The position numbers and the translations under genes were made by a program. The notes below the pieces were generated by a model, which saw nothing but the letters and a program-made list of their open reading frames with translations, made no database searches and was not told the origin of the DNA. 64,000 bases of DNA, taken from NCBI GenBank assembly GCA_002269645.1, contig NIVC01000292.1, positions 682,001 to 746,000 on the forward strand. The letters run 5' to 3'. The DNA comes from Macrostomum lignano (taxonomy: Eukaryota). Shown here piece by piece: positions 1 through 12,589 of this stretch (position 1 is its first letter; each line of letters begins with the position of its first letter).

Positions 1-357
1 ACAGGCTGAGGTAAAATTCCAGAGTGCGTAGCTTCCGCTTTTGTTGTCATCATTGCGGTTTTTATTATCGTTGACATTGATATTTTCCTTATTGCTGCTG
101 TTCGGACTAACTGAAGGTGAACAGGAACACTAATCCCGCTAACGGGGACGCTAACGAGAACTGAACTGTTGTGCTGTTCAAGTTCAATTAATCTAAGACT
201 CATTTAGTCGAAAAACCAGTTAATCAATGACTTCAGATTCTTGCCGTCTAATCTGCTGTATAAACTGCATACGAAGACATTATCTACGAGGGTGCTGCGA
301 TACCAGCTATTACTCTAGCCGCAACGCTAATATTGTCCCTTTAAGCAGGCGGCTCAC

Positions 358-2342
358 GCATCATGTTGTCCCTCAGCAGAACTACTCTGCAGACGGCTGT
401 CCTCCATCGCCTCACGCAGCCTCTCCTCCTCCCGCAGCTCGGCGATGCAGCCCAGCATCCGCTCCGACCGGCTGTTCTTCTTTGCGTAGTCCGCCACCGA
501 CTGTCCCTGCCGGTCCTGCAAGTCAAAGGCGGCGACGCCCAGCGAGTCCCTGACGAGCCGCAGCGAGTCCTCGCCTTGGTGCTGAGCTGCCAGGTGCGCA
601 GCCGCGATGCCCTCGGCGTCCCTCAGCTTCAGACAGTCGGCTCCCAGCTGACCGACAATCCACCTTAGCGCAGAGACGCTGTTGGTGTTGATGGCCGCGA
701 AGTGAACTGCTGTTCGCTGCTTGTCACCTGGCAGCTTGAGACAGTCCGGTCCGAGTGAGCTCACCGCCAGCTGCATCGACTTCTCATCTTGATGCTGAGC
801 GGCACAGTGAACTGGAGTGTCACCATCTCTGTCTACTTGAGTCAGGCACTGGGAGCCCAGTTCTCTGACACACCAGGCCAGTGTCGCATTGCTGCCTGTA
901 TTTTGTGCAGCAAAATGAGCTGCAGTTCGGTCAAAGCGATCGCGAAAATGGAAAATTTCGATTCCGAGCAGGCCCTTCATCAAGTCCATTGAGTATTCAC
1001 CCTGGTAAACTGCCACCAAGTGACAGACCGTCAATCTGATGTCATCCTTCTTCATGAGAGCCTCCAAACCGAGCTCATTGATCAGCCACTGGAGCGACGA
1101 GTTTGAGACCTTGTTGCAAGCAGCACAGTGAACTGTGGTGCGACCTTGCCACCCGCGCTGACGGAAGCAGTCGGTACCGAGTTTAGATTTAATAAACTGC
1201 ATCGAATCTGAGTTCTGAAACTGGGCGGTCATATGAACGACTGTCAATCGAATGTCATCCTTCTCCCTCAGAGAGTCCGAGCCGAGTTCACCGACCAGCC
1301 ACTTGAGCGACGAGTTTGAGACCTCGTCGCAAGCCGCCCTGTGAACTGCGGTGTGTCCTTTGAATCCACGCTGACGGAAGCAGTCGGAACCGAGCTTCGA
1401 TTTAATAAACTGCATTGAATCTGAGCTCTGAAACTCGGCGGCCAGATGAACGACTGTCGAGCCATCGTCATCCTTCTCGGTGAGAGAGTCTGAGCCGAGC
1501 TCATCAATCAGCCACTTGAGCGACGAATTTGAAACCTCGTTATAAGCAGCATAGTGAACTGTGGTGCGACCAAGCCACCCGCGCTGACGGAAGCAGTCGG
1601 AACCGAGCTTCGATTTAACAAACTGCATCGAATCTGAGCTTTGACACTCGGCAGCCAGATGAACGACTATCGAGCCATCGTCATCCTTCTCGGTGAGAGA
1701 GTCTGAGCCGAGCTCATCAATCAGCCACTTGAGCGACGAATTTGAAACCTCGTTACAAGCAGCCCTGTGAACTGCGGTGCGACCAAGCCACCCGCGCTTA
1801 CGGAAGCAGTCGGAACCGAGCTTCGATTTAATAAACTGCATCGAATCTGCGTTTTGAAACTGGGCGGCCAAATGAACGACTGTCGAGCCATCGTCATCCT
1901 TCTCCATTAGAGATTCTGACCCGAACTCTCTGATCAGCCACTTCAGCGACTTGTTGCTATGCTCATTCATGGCAGCATAGTGAAACACTGAGCGACCAAA
2001 TCTTCCCTTTTCATAAAAACAGTTGCTGCCGAGAGTTCTGTGAATGAGCTGCAGAGTCTCCTGGCTCTGCTCCATGGCGGCCCAGTGCACAGGTGTGTAG
2101 TTGAACTCGTCTTTACACGTCAAACATGCAGCTCCGAACTTGTCGATCAGCACCCTCAGAAAGTCGAGTCCGTACGACTTGCTGGCGACGTGGTGAGTCA
2201 CCGTCATTTCTCTCGTGTGAGGCGGGTCTTTAAATTCGCCAGCCGACACTGTCAGGTTGGAGTCCAGCTGCCGGCACAGCCTCAGCAGCCGCTCGCAGTC
2301 GTCGGCCTCCAGCGCAGCTCGCAATTGATCCGCAGCGGCCAT
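358..2342 (-). CDS. Ankyrin-repeat exon (about 16 alternating A/B ANK repeats) of a probable ankyrin-kinase gene, paralogue 1; downstream exons predicted off-window
   Basis: ORF 354..2426 has repeated H-x-A-A ANK motifs in a 71-aa (213-nt) two-repeat module. Its N-terminus (LRAALEADD..RLLRLCRQLD) and C-terminal linker (RLREAMEDSRLQS) align with the 19441..20363 exon. The ORF stop lies inside a phase-2 donor GC|GTGAG at 357/358. Start placed at ATG 2342 by homology; an upstream ATG at 2426 is possible. Confidence 0.85.
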
Positions 2343-2785
2343 CGGATGGGGAAGACTCGAGCGGCAGTTGAGTTGAACACCGATCTGAAATTCGTCCGAG
2401 ATTGGGATTTGTATCGAATGTGCCATGAGATTTTACAATCTAGAAGATTTCTCTATGCATTAGAGTGGCTTTGGAACTGTCGCTAATCAAGGCTGCAGTC
2501 GATCAGAGAGACCAGCGAAGAAGCCAGCAGTCAAGCACATTCCGCTGACCCCTGAGCACGCTTACAGATATGGATTCGACGCTGCCACAAACCCGAAAAG
2601 GGTGCACAGTGGCCTTTACTTTTCAATGTCAAGTGTTGTGCCGCGCCCTTCCAGTCCCTTAAGTAGTCCGTGTACCCCATCCTTCTGTTGCCCCCATGTG
2701 CTTTTTGTTTTTTTCGTGTTTTCATGCTGCCCGATAAACCCCGTGCCGGGGTTTGTGAGGCGTAAGCTTCAACCCTGGTCTAGTC

Positions 2786-2980
2786 CAGTGGTTCTCAACC
2801 TGTGGGTTGCGGCCCCCAGTGGGGTCGCGCGACCATTTTCTGGGGGTCGCAGCACTAAGAAATGTATGAGTACGTCATACTTATTGATGCATTATATTGA
2901 TTATATAAGGGGTCGCGAATATAAAAAATGATTTAAGTGAATAAACTAAGGTCGCCTGAAAAAAAGGTTGAGAGCCGCTG
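2786..2980. mobile_element. hAT-family (Charlie/Buster-like) MITE, 195 bp
   Basis: 16-bp TIRs CAGTGGTTCTCAACCT / AGGTTGAGAGCCGCTG (2 mismatches). Perfect 8-bp TSD GTCTAGTC at 2778-2785 and 2981-2988, resembling the NTCTAGAN target consensus. Confidence 0.9.
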
Positions 2981-3007
2981 GTCTAGTCTTTTCTGCGCCC
3001 AGTCCCC

Positions 3008-3072
3008 TGTCCAATCTGTGTGCTTGCCCCGCCCCACCCTGGGCCGCTTGCATTGGCTGGCGGGCTGATAAG
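3008..3072. promoter_or_regulatory. Possible promoter element cluster (CCAAT, GC box, ATTGG, GATA) upstream of ankyrin gene 1
   Basis: tccaatc, gccccgcccc, cattggc and tgataa occur within 65 bp. Motif presence only. Confidence 0.25.
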
Positions 3073-3369
3073 CCGCCTAAATCCAGGGTTTAGCTCGCTC
3101 CTCTCCTTTCTCTCCCCCTCTGTACGTTATTCTATTTAAGTGCTCGCCCTGCCCGTTCCGCGCTCCACTGCTTGTCTGCGTTCTGCGCCCATTGTCGGTT
3201 ACCCTGTTTTTGTGTCGGTCGAATTCAAATACACGCGTGGTCGAATTGTTGAATTGATAACCAGAGATGAGCTCGCGCTTCTTCCTTCTGGGTTTGCCTC
3301 GGGCCGGTGGGATTGAATAGGGACCTAGGGTCGGCGAACTCTTGCTAGTCCCGGGGTGATTCCAAGGCG

Positions 3370-3735
3370 AAGAACCACCCACGACGGCTTCAAGAATCGA
3401 CCACAACGGCTTCAAGAACCACCCACAACGGCTTCAAGAACCACCCACGACGGCTTCAAGAACCACCCACGACGGCTTCAAGAACCGACCACAACGGCTT
3501 CTCGAACCGACCACAGCGGCTTCAATAACCGACCACAACGGCTTCACGAACCGACCACAACGGCTTTAAGACCCGACCACAACGGCTTCAAGAACCACCC
3601 ACGACGGCTTCACGAACCGACCACAACGGCTTCTCGAACCGACCACAACCACTTCAAGAACCACCACAACGGCTTCACGAACCGACCACAACGGCTTCAA
3701 GAACCGACCACAACGGCTTCACGAACCGACCACAA
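3370..3735. repeat. Imperfect 20-23-bp minisatellite (aagaaccgaccacaacggcttc)
   Basis: About 16 visibly tandem degenerate units ending just before the Gypsy 5' LTR. Confidence 0.85.
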
Positions 3736-3754
3736 GCCCTTGAGCAATCAACCC

Positions 3755-3896
3755 TGTGGCAGCCAGCCGCTTTAGTTTCTTATTCATGCATAAATTATTG
3801 TCTATGGACAAACTCAAATATACTTGTAAAGGGTGTGTGGCTGCGCCCACAGTCTCGCCAAGCGCGAATACTCCTAATACATTCAAACACGCAACA
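3755..3896 (+). repeat. 5' LTR (142 bp)
   Basis: Direct repeat of 8124-8265 with TG...CA ends, followed by the PBS. Confidence 0.95.
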
Positions 3897-3967
3897 TGGT
3901 GTCAGAGGTAAAAGACTCCAATTAGATAATTGCTTTGTGCGTCGTTTTTGGTGGCAACTACAGCGGC

Positions 3968-5128
3968 ATGTCCGACGCAGCTGGACTGCGACCTCCAGGG
4001 CCCATGGTATTCGATGAGGCCAAGTCAGAACGCTGGAGAAAATGGATCGGCGCATTCAATTTATACATGACCGCCACAAAGCGCGACAAGGAGGCTGACA
4101 GCATGAAGAATGCGATTCTGCTGACCGCCATCGGTGAAGAAGGCAGGGACATATTCGAGACATTCGAACTCTCTACTGACTCTGCTCACAAAGACATCAT
4201 CGACAAATTCGAGAAATTCTGCATTCCTCTGGACAGCGAAACATTTGATCGCTACAAGTTTAGAATGCGTAAGCAGGAGCAGTATGAAGATTTTGATCAC
4301 TTCATAGATGAGCTACGATTGTTAATAAAGCGATGCAGTTTTTCAAAGCCTAAAAATGGGCAATGCATTGACGATGCCATGCTTCGAGATCAGATAGTAT
4401 GTGGGGTTCATAATTCAGCACTCCGTGAACGGCTCCTTGAGGAAGAGAAGCTGACACTGGAAAAGGCTATTGTTCTGTGCCGTGCCACCGAAGCTTCAAA
4501 GATGCAAGCCAGGCAGATGACAGGTATAAAGAGTGAAAACAGAAACTCTGTCAGTCGAATTGTAAAAGACCCTGATCACAAGTTGCAGCAATCAACCAGA
4601 GCCAAGTCCAAGTCTATCACACGAAAGGCTCCTACAGGACAACAGGCATGCAGATACTGCGGCAAGAACCACAAATTTGGTCACACCAACTGCAGTGCCT
4701 ATGGCAAGACCTGCTTGAACTGTGGACAAAAGAACCATTTTAAGGCCATGTGCCGGAAAGAGAAAACAAAACAATCAAAACAGATTCGTACAGTTGAAGA
4801 TGAGCTTACTGACGTGACTGAAACATCGAATTCTTACCAAGCTGCTGCATGGGATGTAAGTAAATATTCTATGAATTATTATAATGGAAATGAAGTGAAA
4901 GCCGTTTCAAGAACAGTTGTGTCGCTAGACACTGAGTTTGGACACATCGTCAACTACAAAATTGATACCGGCGCTGATGTGAATATTATGTCCGAGAAAC
5001 GTTTAAGAACAATCACAGACAACCCATTAGAAAAAGACCACACCAGACTATCAGTGTATAACAATCAGACGCTTAATGTGAAGGCAAGATTAAATTGCGA
5101 CTCTCGCACAAAGACGCCGTGCATATAG
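3968..5128 (+). pseudogene. gag: Gypsy Gag (two CCHC knuckles) + aspartic protease
   Basis: CRYCGKNHKFGHTNC and CLNCGQKNHFKAMC knuckles, protease motif IDTGADV. A 1-nt deletion near 5082 shifts out of the protease frame (GKIKLRLSH..VEFTII..PLLA). Confidence 0.9.
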
Positions 5129-5236
5129 TAGAATTCACCATCATTGAGGACGACAATACACCTCTATTAGCGACCGACACAGCTGAGAAATTAGGCCTGA
5201 TTCAAATCCTCAACGTAACAAAGACTACAGATTTAA

Positions 5237-6595
5237 GTGCTGACGGAATCAAAGATCTTTAGGGAATACAGCGATGTGTTCGAAGGAATTGGATGTCTGC
5301 CTGGAGCGCATCACATTTCATTGAGAGAAGGTGCAATACCGAAAGTCCAAGGCCCAAGGAAAGTCCCATTTGCGGCTATGAAGGCTCTGCGTGAAGAGCT
5401 TGACCGTTTGCAGAGCCAAGGAATAATAACGAAATGCGACCAGCCGGCAGATTGGGTGTCCAATGTTGTTATCGTCTGGAAGAAGGATAACTGGATTAGA
5501 CTGTGCTTGGATCCAAAGAATCTAAATGATGATATTGTCAGAAATCGATACCCCATTCCAACTTATGACGAGATGATTAGCGAGATGACAGGAGCAAAAT
5601 ACTTCTCAACATTTGATGCTAAGTCTGGCTTCCATCAAGTTCAGTTGGATCAAGAAAGTTCACTTCTTACTGCATGTCACACTCCGTTTGGTGTTTACAA
5701 ACGGAATCGACTAGCTTTTGGTCTAAAGGATGCACCTGAAGCTTACCAAAGGCGCATCAAAGAAGAAGTGACAAGTCAAGTAGAAAAATCTGCTAACTAC
5801 ATCGATGACGTCATAGTATGGGGAAAGACTCGGGAAGAGCACGACCAAGCAGTTCGAAATCTTTTGGAGCAATGCAGGAAAAAGAACCTGACTCTGAACA
5901 GGCAAAAGACGAGCATTGGCAAAACCGAGCTTCGATTTCTTGGACACATACTAACTGACAAAGGTGTGAAAGTAGATCCACAAAAAGTAAACAGCATCAA
6001 AGAAATGCCGCACCCAAACAGTTTTGAACAGCGTGCTGAAAAGCAAGCGCAGCTCCAACGGTTTATTGGTAGTGCAAATTACTTGTCAAGATTCATAGCA
6101 AACTTTTCTGCACTGACAAGTCCTTTGAGGGAACTCATGAAGAAAGAATCCGAATGGGTGTGGACCAACGACCAAGAAAAGGCGTATCAAGGAATCAAGC
6201 AGTGCCTCTGCGAAGCACCTGTGCTTGCGCCATTTGACCCGAATAAAGACCTAATTTTATCTGTCGACGCCAGCAAAGATGGCTTGGGAGCAGCACTATT
6301 GCAGGAAGGACATGTCATTGAGTATGCATCATCAGCTCTAACATCCGCTCAAAAGAAATATGCCCAGATAGAGAAGGAAATGCTTGCGATAGTATTTGGC
6401 TGTCGAAGGTTCAGACAGTATCTCTGGGGACGTAGAGTCTCCGTCGAGTCTGACCACAAACCGCTGCAGTATATTATGAAGAAGCCAATGGATGAACTAT
6501 CGGCTAGAATTCAACGTCTGATACTCAAGATCCAAGAATTCGACTTAGACGTGCAATACAAACCGGAAGATATCTTTATTTGGCTGATACATTAA
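5237..6595 (+). pseudogene. pol: Gypsy reverse transcriptase + RNase H
   Basis: RLCLDPKNLN, FSTFDAKSGFHQ, YIDD and RNase H SVDASKDGLGA / YAQIEKEMLA / SDHKPL motifs. Frameshifts at about 5236 and 6565. Confidence 0.92.
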
Positions 6596-7867
6596 GCCGT
6601 GCTTTCTTGCAATCCGTGCATTCGGCGAGTGACATAGACTCCGAGCTTGAGAATCAAATCTTGGGTATCCAAAAGGTTTGTCTATCGGAAGACCTACTTA
6701 AGAAGATCCAGGAACACACATATGCAGATTCAACTTGCCATGCGATCAAGAATCGCATTCGCGAAGGTTGGCCGGAACTCAGAAACCAATTGCCAGAACA
6801 ACTAAAGCCTTTCTGGAATGTTCGTCACGATTTAGCCGAGCACGACAGATTAATTATGAAAACCAGCAAGATATTTATACCACTGACCATGCGCCACGAA
6901 TTCTTGAACATCATTCATGAAGGACATCAAGGCATTGAAAAAACACTGCTAAAAGCAAGAGGATCGGTATACTGGCCTCAGATGCGTCGGGACATCCAGA
7001 ACTACATAGCAGCATGCGATGCCTGCCAAAGCAGCCAATCCCGACCACAGAAAGAAACAATCATTCAAAGTCCGCATCCTGATTATCCATTTCAAGAGTG
7101 CGCGACTGACCTGTTCGATTTTAAAGGTCGAAAATTCATAGTTTTAGTGGACAGATACAGCCGATGGATCTGTGCAGATCCATTAAGATCAAATACAGCT
7201 GAGTTTGTTATCCTGCGATTAAAGAAATATTTCTCCACATTCGGAACACCTGAGAAGTTGCGATGTGACAACGGACCGCCATTCTCGTCCAACGCATTCC
7301 AATTATATGCTAAATCAAGCGGGATAGCGCTTGTAACATCATCACCAAGATATCCACAGTCCAATGGATTAGCGGAGCGAGCTGTGCAAACAGTGAAATG
7401 CTTCTTGAAAAAGAATGAAGACTTTGAAAAAGCAATGCTTCACTAATCACTACCGTAATACTCCGATTGAGCGTGGGTTACCGACCCCAGCAGAGCTACT
7501 GATGGGAAGGAAATTGAGGTACGAACTACCTGTACCAGTAATGGAATTGATACCAAAACGAACATGGACGAAGAATGATTTGGAAACACTGAACGCCATG
7601 CGAAGGAAGGACGCGATTCGCTACAACAGTACAGCTAGGGATTTGAAGCCACTGGAGACTGGAGAGCAAGTCTGGTTGTACGAGGACAAGAGACAGTGGA
7701 TTCCAGCAGAAATTCAATCGCGGGATCATATGGATCCAGAACGATCGTACCAAGTGCAAACTGCTGATGGTAAATGCTACAGAAGGAACCGACGATTTTT
7801 AGCACCCAGAGTTGCGAACTCCAGACTGTCTGCAATACCGAAACATCTAGCGCTACAGCGACAGTAG
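6580..7867 (+). pseudogene. Gypsy integrase (HHCC + DDE + GPY/F-like tail)
   Basis: HEGHQG..C..C zinc finger, TDLF, CDNGPPF, SNGLAERAV. A 7-nt insertion at about 7441-7447 creates a stop/frameshift; HYRNTP..TPAELLMGRKLR continues in another frame. Confidence 0.9.
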
Positions 7868-8123
7868 ATATCTCAGAGAGTCATCTGAAAGATTCAACTG
7901 CATCATCCGGAATTCAGCCAACTCATGAGCATCCAACAACAAGTAATCCTGCTGAAGATGCTAACCGACAAACGACCAATGCTGACACAAATGCGACATA
8001 TGTGACACGATCGGGTCGTACTGTCAAACAGACGAGATTCTATCAAGCTGTTTAATGATGAATTTTTTTGTTTATGAACAAACTATGCAATTAACGAACA
8101 ATGTTCTTTTGAAAAAAGGGGGA

Positions 8124-8265
8124 TGTGGCATTCAGCCGCTTTAGTTTCTTATTCATGCATAAATTATTGTCTATGGACAAACTCAAATATACTTGTAAAG
8201 GGTGTGTGGCTGCGCCCACAGTCTCGCCAAGCGCGAATACTCCTAATACATTCAAACACGCAACA
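8124..8265 (+). repeat. 3' LTR (142 bp)
   Basis: Preceded by the PPT; 140/142 identical to the 5' LTR. Confidence 0.95.
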
Positions 8266-10589
8266 AGCCCCAATCCTCTGAATAATTTCCCGAACCACTC
8301 AGGGAATCCACAAAGCAACTTCGACCATCGCCCGGCCTAAGAACTTGGTGAGACATTGCAGCCCAAAGACTAAACCCAGCCCAGATATTGTCTTTTCTCT
8401 TGAGGTCCCTTTGCACACCAGACGCGTAATTCGAATTGACTGAGTTCGTGGTGGTGTGAATGAATCATAATGTGAATGAGTTCTGTTCAATGAGTATTTT
8501 AGCATGCACAGCGGCAACGATATAGCTCGATGGTAAATTACTGAAAATGGGTGTCTCAAACGTGTAGGGGCAAGGGGTTCGCAGGGGAACCCGGGGCAAG
8601 ATCAGGCCAGAGTACCATTTGGCGAGACATTTGGAGAGGCATTGGCGCATGTCAGTTCAGGTCAAGAGCCACTCAAGCATATACACTTAGCAAAACGGCT
8701 TTCTACTTCCAGTTCAGTAGCAAAGAAGAATATAAGCTATTTATAAAAACAAGTCAGCTGAAATGACTTTGATAAGTTTCAAAGCCCAAGCTTGCATGCA
8801 TAAACAACTTGCTGATTGGTTCATCAATAATGTACATTAGCCCCACTAAAATTTTCATGGGGCAGCTTTAGGCTGGAATTGCGAGGGGCAATAAAAATCG
8901 GGGCGGGGCGGGGGTAGTGTGCAAGGCGCGGTTGGAGGGTTTAAGCTAGGGGGTAAAAGCCAATAAATGAGCATTGCCTTTAAAAATAAATTAAAATGCT
9001 TCAGTTTAACTTACTACTGAACTGAAAGTAGCTTGAACGCAAATGTACTGAGTGGCCATGTCAGATTTTATGAACATAAATTGACAATAATTATCCCTTT
9101 TTCTATACTTTCTCTATGTAATTTTGCGTTCGGTCGCTCCCAATCGGGCCGTTTTAGCTGTGCCTATTTTGTGCGTACGTATATTCATATAATAGTTCCA
9201 CGATCGATAATTTAGGCCAAGAGGTCCATTTTATTACCTTTAAATATAACCTGGTCTCTCTCTTCCTACTTTTTACGACCGTTTAAAACTTTCACTGCCC
9301 GCCTGTTGCTAAATATAGCTTCCTAAGTGTTAGTCATTCCGTCTTGGTTATTTGTCCCACTAGCAATTGGACAGGCCCATCTAGTTATTCTAGTATCTGT
9401 GGTTTAGATTAAGCTGATGTACGTTAGTTCAGGTTAAGCTGATGCACGTTCTTTCAGGTTAAAAGACCTTACGCTCAGCTCAGGAAGCGATAAGAAGACG
9501 ACGCACGAGGCTGCACCTGAGCCCCGAGCACAATGACAGTTATGATGGCGAAAGCGACTCAGAACCTGAGTTACATTATTTACGAATGCACATCGCACGT
9601 AATAAAACCGCTTTTTGAAATCGCGATTTTTAAAAAGTTTTACTTTACAAATTTTACTTACACTGAATCCAGAAATATGAGTTCCTGTGCACTGGAGGTG
9701 CAGTCAGTAGACTGAATTCTTGTTCGCAAGTAGTGGCTTAGCCTCAAGTTGCTTACTTATGATTAATAACAGCTACTCATTCTGCCCCTCTGCAATGCCC
9801 CTCTCAGCAAATAGCAGCACTCGGATTATCCAAAACCCCTTTCTAACCCGAACCCGTAGTCAGAGTGGCCACAGGACTGACTGCGCCTGCCCAGTAAAAC
9901 CACCTGCTTCCTAGACTTGAGCTCAAATGAACAATGGCCTTGCGAGCTGTTTCAACAGTCTTCCCAATTCTTTCTTTGGCGCGTGCAATACAAAAGGCAG
10001 AGAGCTCTGAAGATTTAGAAGTCTCTGTACAAAGGGCAAATGAGCAAAAATTTCAAACCCCAGCTTCTAACTAATTTTGGACTCACGAAATCCGCTAGTG
10101 GGTCTCATCTCTTCCAATTATTGAATCATAAATTGTCTCACCTGCTTTTCTCATCGGGGAAACTTTTTTACAATGCCTTGAAACTATTGAGCCTAAGATC
10201 GCACTGATACAGAGTATTTTAAGGCCATTGTTGCTAACACAGCCTATATGTGTAGAGATGAGCGCAATTACACCAGACACAATATTTGCATTAAAACCCC
10301 GAGGATGCGGGTGGCCTGCTCTGCAGGCCATAGCTCTTAGTCTATGGCTTGCGAATCATTTCGATGCTGTTTCGAAAAATAAGTCTACATAACCGTAGCT
10401 TGCGGCTACGGTAAATGACTATTTTTTATGCAGAAAAAATTTGTAGATCTCAGTCAACGTTTTTTTTTCTATCTGATGTAGTCTTTTTTAATAAGGAACA
10501 GTAAAAATCAATAAGAATAAATCGCTATAACGTATAAACAATGTTTAACAGCTAAAACAGCAACAATAAAATAACCTGTTTACATGTAT

Positions 10590-11622
10590 AACCATGCAGA
10601 TGGCATATTGGGCACAACTTCGGTTTCCCGCTCTAAATTATTTTCTGGCATTGGTTGCTAGAATAACTCGAGATGAAAGAAAAACTATATGCTGCGCTAT
10701 TGAAACGATGAAAAACGAAAAGGGGCCTCTTGAGCGAGATGCTCTGGGTCGATATATTTAATGAGCTGAGTGAAAGCGTACAATACACGTGAGCGTAATG
10801 TGGGGTGGGGCGATCAGTGAAGAATGAAAGTGGTGCGATCAATAATTAGGGACTGTACGTATGAGCAAAATAAATATGTTAGCCTAATTGAACATGTAGC
10901 TTTTGCAAACGAAAAGTTTAAGAAATACCACGAGACAGTGGCAGCTCCAGAACAGGCATTATTACTGTACTGTTTTAAAACCTGCGTTACTTATTTTTTC
11001 CGGCATTTCCAGATTAGGAATTCAGAAACCTGCTTCATTTCCCTGCTTTGGACTATTACCTTGTGTCACTCGTTGACTTTTTACCCCTGTGACCAGTTCG
11101 TTTCGCACGATTCGTTGAACAGGGTGAAGTTGAGCCACGCCTTGCGTGTCGAGAAAGTAAACTTTCTTTAGGCCGGAGCTCTTCCTGTCAACTATTTTCA
11201 ACGCTAGCACGTTTCCTTTGCGCATAAACGTAACCGGATCTAGCTTCGCAAAGACAATACAGTTTAATGCCATATCGCGCTTTCTTAAATGGAATATATT
11301 GACGAAATGTGACACGACCTCTGAACAGGACTAGCTCTTCGTCGACACTAATTTCTTTTTCTGGCATGCACACACTGCGACAAATCTCAGCAACACGCGT
11401 AATAAATTGTCTTGCCTTTGCTAGCGGGTCGTTTCCATCGAAGTTGTTGCAGTCATAGAAACGCAATTGGCTACTGATCTGTTGGTACCTGTCCCTTGTC
11501 AGACAAGCGAGTTGTTGGAAGAAAGGTGTTGCGTAGAAATCATCTCTGCTCCAATGGTTGGCAATCTCGGGCTTTTTAACTATTCCCGATATGTAAAGCG
11601 ACATGGCGACAAACTTTTTCAT
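10590..11622 (-). pseudogene. piggyBac (PGBD-like, DDE_Tnp_1_7) transposase remnant with internal deletion
   Basis: SVDEELVLFRGRVTFRQYIPFKKARYGIKLYCLC..SGYVY motif. An abrupt junction at about 11225 leads to a later segment (RKGNVLALKIVDRK..VYFL). A degenerate Cys-rich tail (CQK..GKPKLCPIC) lies near 10610-10670. Confidence 0.8.
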
Positions 11623-11774
11623 GGCCTAGTATGGGCGCGACCTGGGTTCGATTTCGCTAGTTGAGATGTGGGTGAGAGAGGGGGAGAGGCTAGGTGGGGG
11701 CAGGGCGTGAGGTATAGGGTGCCTGCGGGGTACGTATCGTTGACTACATATCGGTGCACACACATATCGGGAGG

Positions 11775-11847
11775 GGGGCCGTAGCCCAGCGGTAGCGCAG
11801 CTGCTCTGGTGTGCCAGCGACCCAGGCTCGATTCCAAGTGCAGTCAC
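11775..11847 (+). mobile_element. tRNA-derived SINE-like head / tRNA pseudogene
   Basis: A-box TAGCCCAGCGG and B-box GGCTCGATTCC at tRNA-like spacing, but the acceptor stem does not pair. A second, compressed A/B-box pair (TGGCCTAGTATGG / GGTTCGATTTC) is at about 11622-11655. Confidence 0.45.
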
Positions 11848-12129
11848 ATTAATTTGGGGTTGAATTGGAATCTCGGCTTGGCTCTGCTCGTGCAATTAAC
11901 GGCCTTGAGAGCCAACCCCCCAAGGCGTAGTGAAGTGTACATGCCTAACGATAATATAAAGTTAGGGCCGCTGTACACTCCTGTGTGAGTTTGTGCCTGC
12001 GTACGTATCCGCGCACTTGTATGTCTGCTCAGGGGAGTCGGCGGAATGGGCAGTAATGCCTCTCGCCGGTTGTGTGCCAATGTCGCTTAAAGTGCGCCAG
12101 GGTGCACACAACCCCCTGCCTCTAATAAA

Positions 12130-12360
12130 ATAATAAACACATATCGGGAGAGTGTACACCCGTATTGGGCGAGTGTACAAACATATTGGGAGAGTGTACC
12201 TTTGGCTCGGGTGAGTGGGGCGCCTGCAGCTCAGGAGGGTGTACATATCGGGGTACATATCAGGAGGGTGCCCCTGCGGCATGGGCGCCTGCGGCTCGGG
12301 CGGGTGTACACATCAGGAGGGTGCGCCTGCGGCATGGGCGCCTGGGTGGCGCTTGGCGCC
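12130..12360. repeat. Imperfect GC-rich repeats (acatatcgggag.., gggcgcctgcggc.., caggagggtg)
   Basis: Several re-used 15-30-bp blocks; origin unknown. Confidence 0.5.
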
Positions 12361-12589
12361 ACGCGCGCCGAGCGCCAGCCAATGGGTTGACATCCACCCC
12401 ACCTCCAAAACCGACGGATACGGGAGTCCTTAGTAGTAATACATACACTGATAATAATTAGTATATAAAAATGTAATAATCCGCCGTATCCTCATACAAA
12501 ATCATAAAACTCTATAGATGACTTCCACGAATCTTAGAAAATGAAAATTAGAAATACAAGAGCTCAAAAATAGGTTCTTTGGCTGGCAA

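Larger units (their letters stand above)
3755..8265 (+). mobile_element. Full-length Ty3/Gypsy LTR retrotransposon (Mag-like), coding region disrupted
   Basis: Two 142-bp TG..CA LTRs (3755-3896 and 8124-8265) differ at only 2 adjacent bases. PBS TGGTGTCAGAGGT (tRNA-Leu-like) at 3897 and PPT GAAAAAAGGGGGA before the 3' LTR. 5-bp TSD AACCC/AGCCC with 1 mismatch. Domain order gag-PR-RT-RH-IN. Confidence 0.95.

Noticed and set aside
3356-3775. Host coding exon interrupted by the Gypsy insertion (the frame continues as NQP-NPLNNF after removing the element)
   Set aside because: Repeat units are 20-23 bp and do not preserve frame, and there is no recognisable domain or splice signal.
5075-5240. 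Programmed ribosomal frameshift between gag and pol
   Set aside because: The shifts fall inside or after the protease, there is no slippery heptamer, and the two indels are opposite in sign; better explained as lesions in a single gag-pol ORF.
10391-10412. ACCGTAGC/GCTACGGT hairpin as a Helitron 3' end
   Set aside because: No CTRR terminus at the expected distance on either strand and no other Helitron evidence.
11775-11847. Functional tRNA gene
   Set aside because: A and B boxes are present but the acceptor stem cannot pair and the anticodon loop is non-canonical; kept only as SINE-like.
12432-12470. AGTAGTAATACATAC.. as a Polinton terminal inverted repeat
   Set aside because: No matching inverted partner or 6-bp TSD found in the window.
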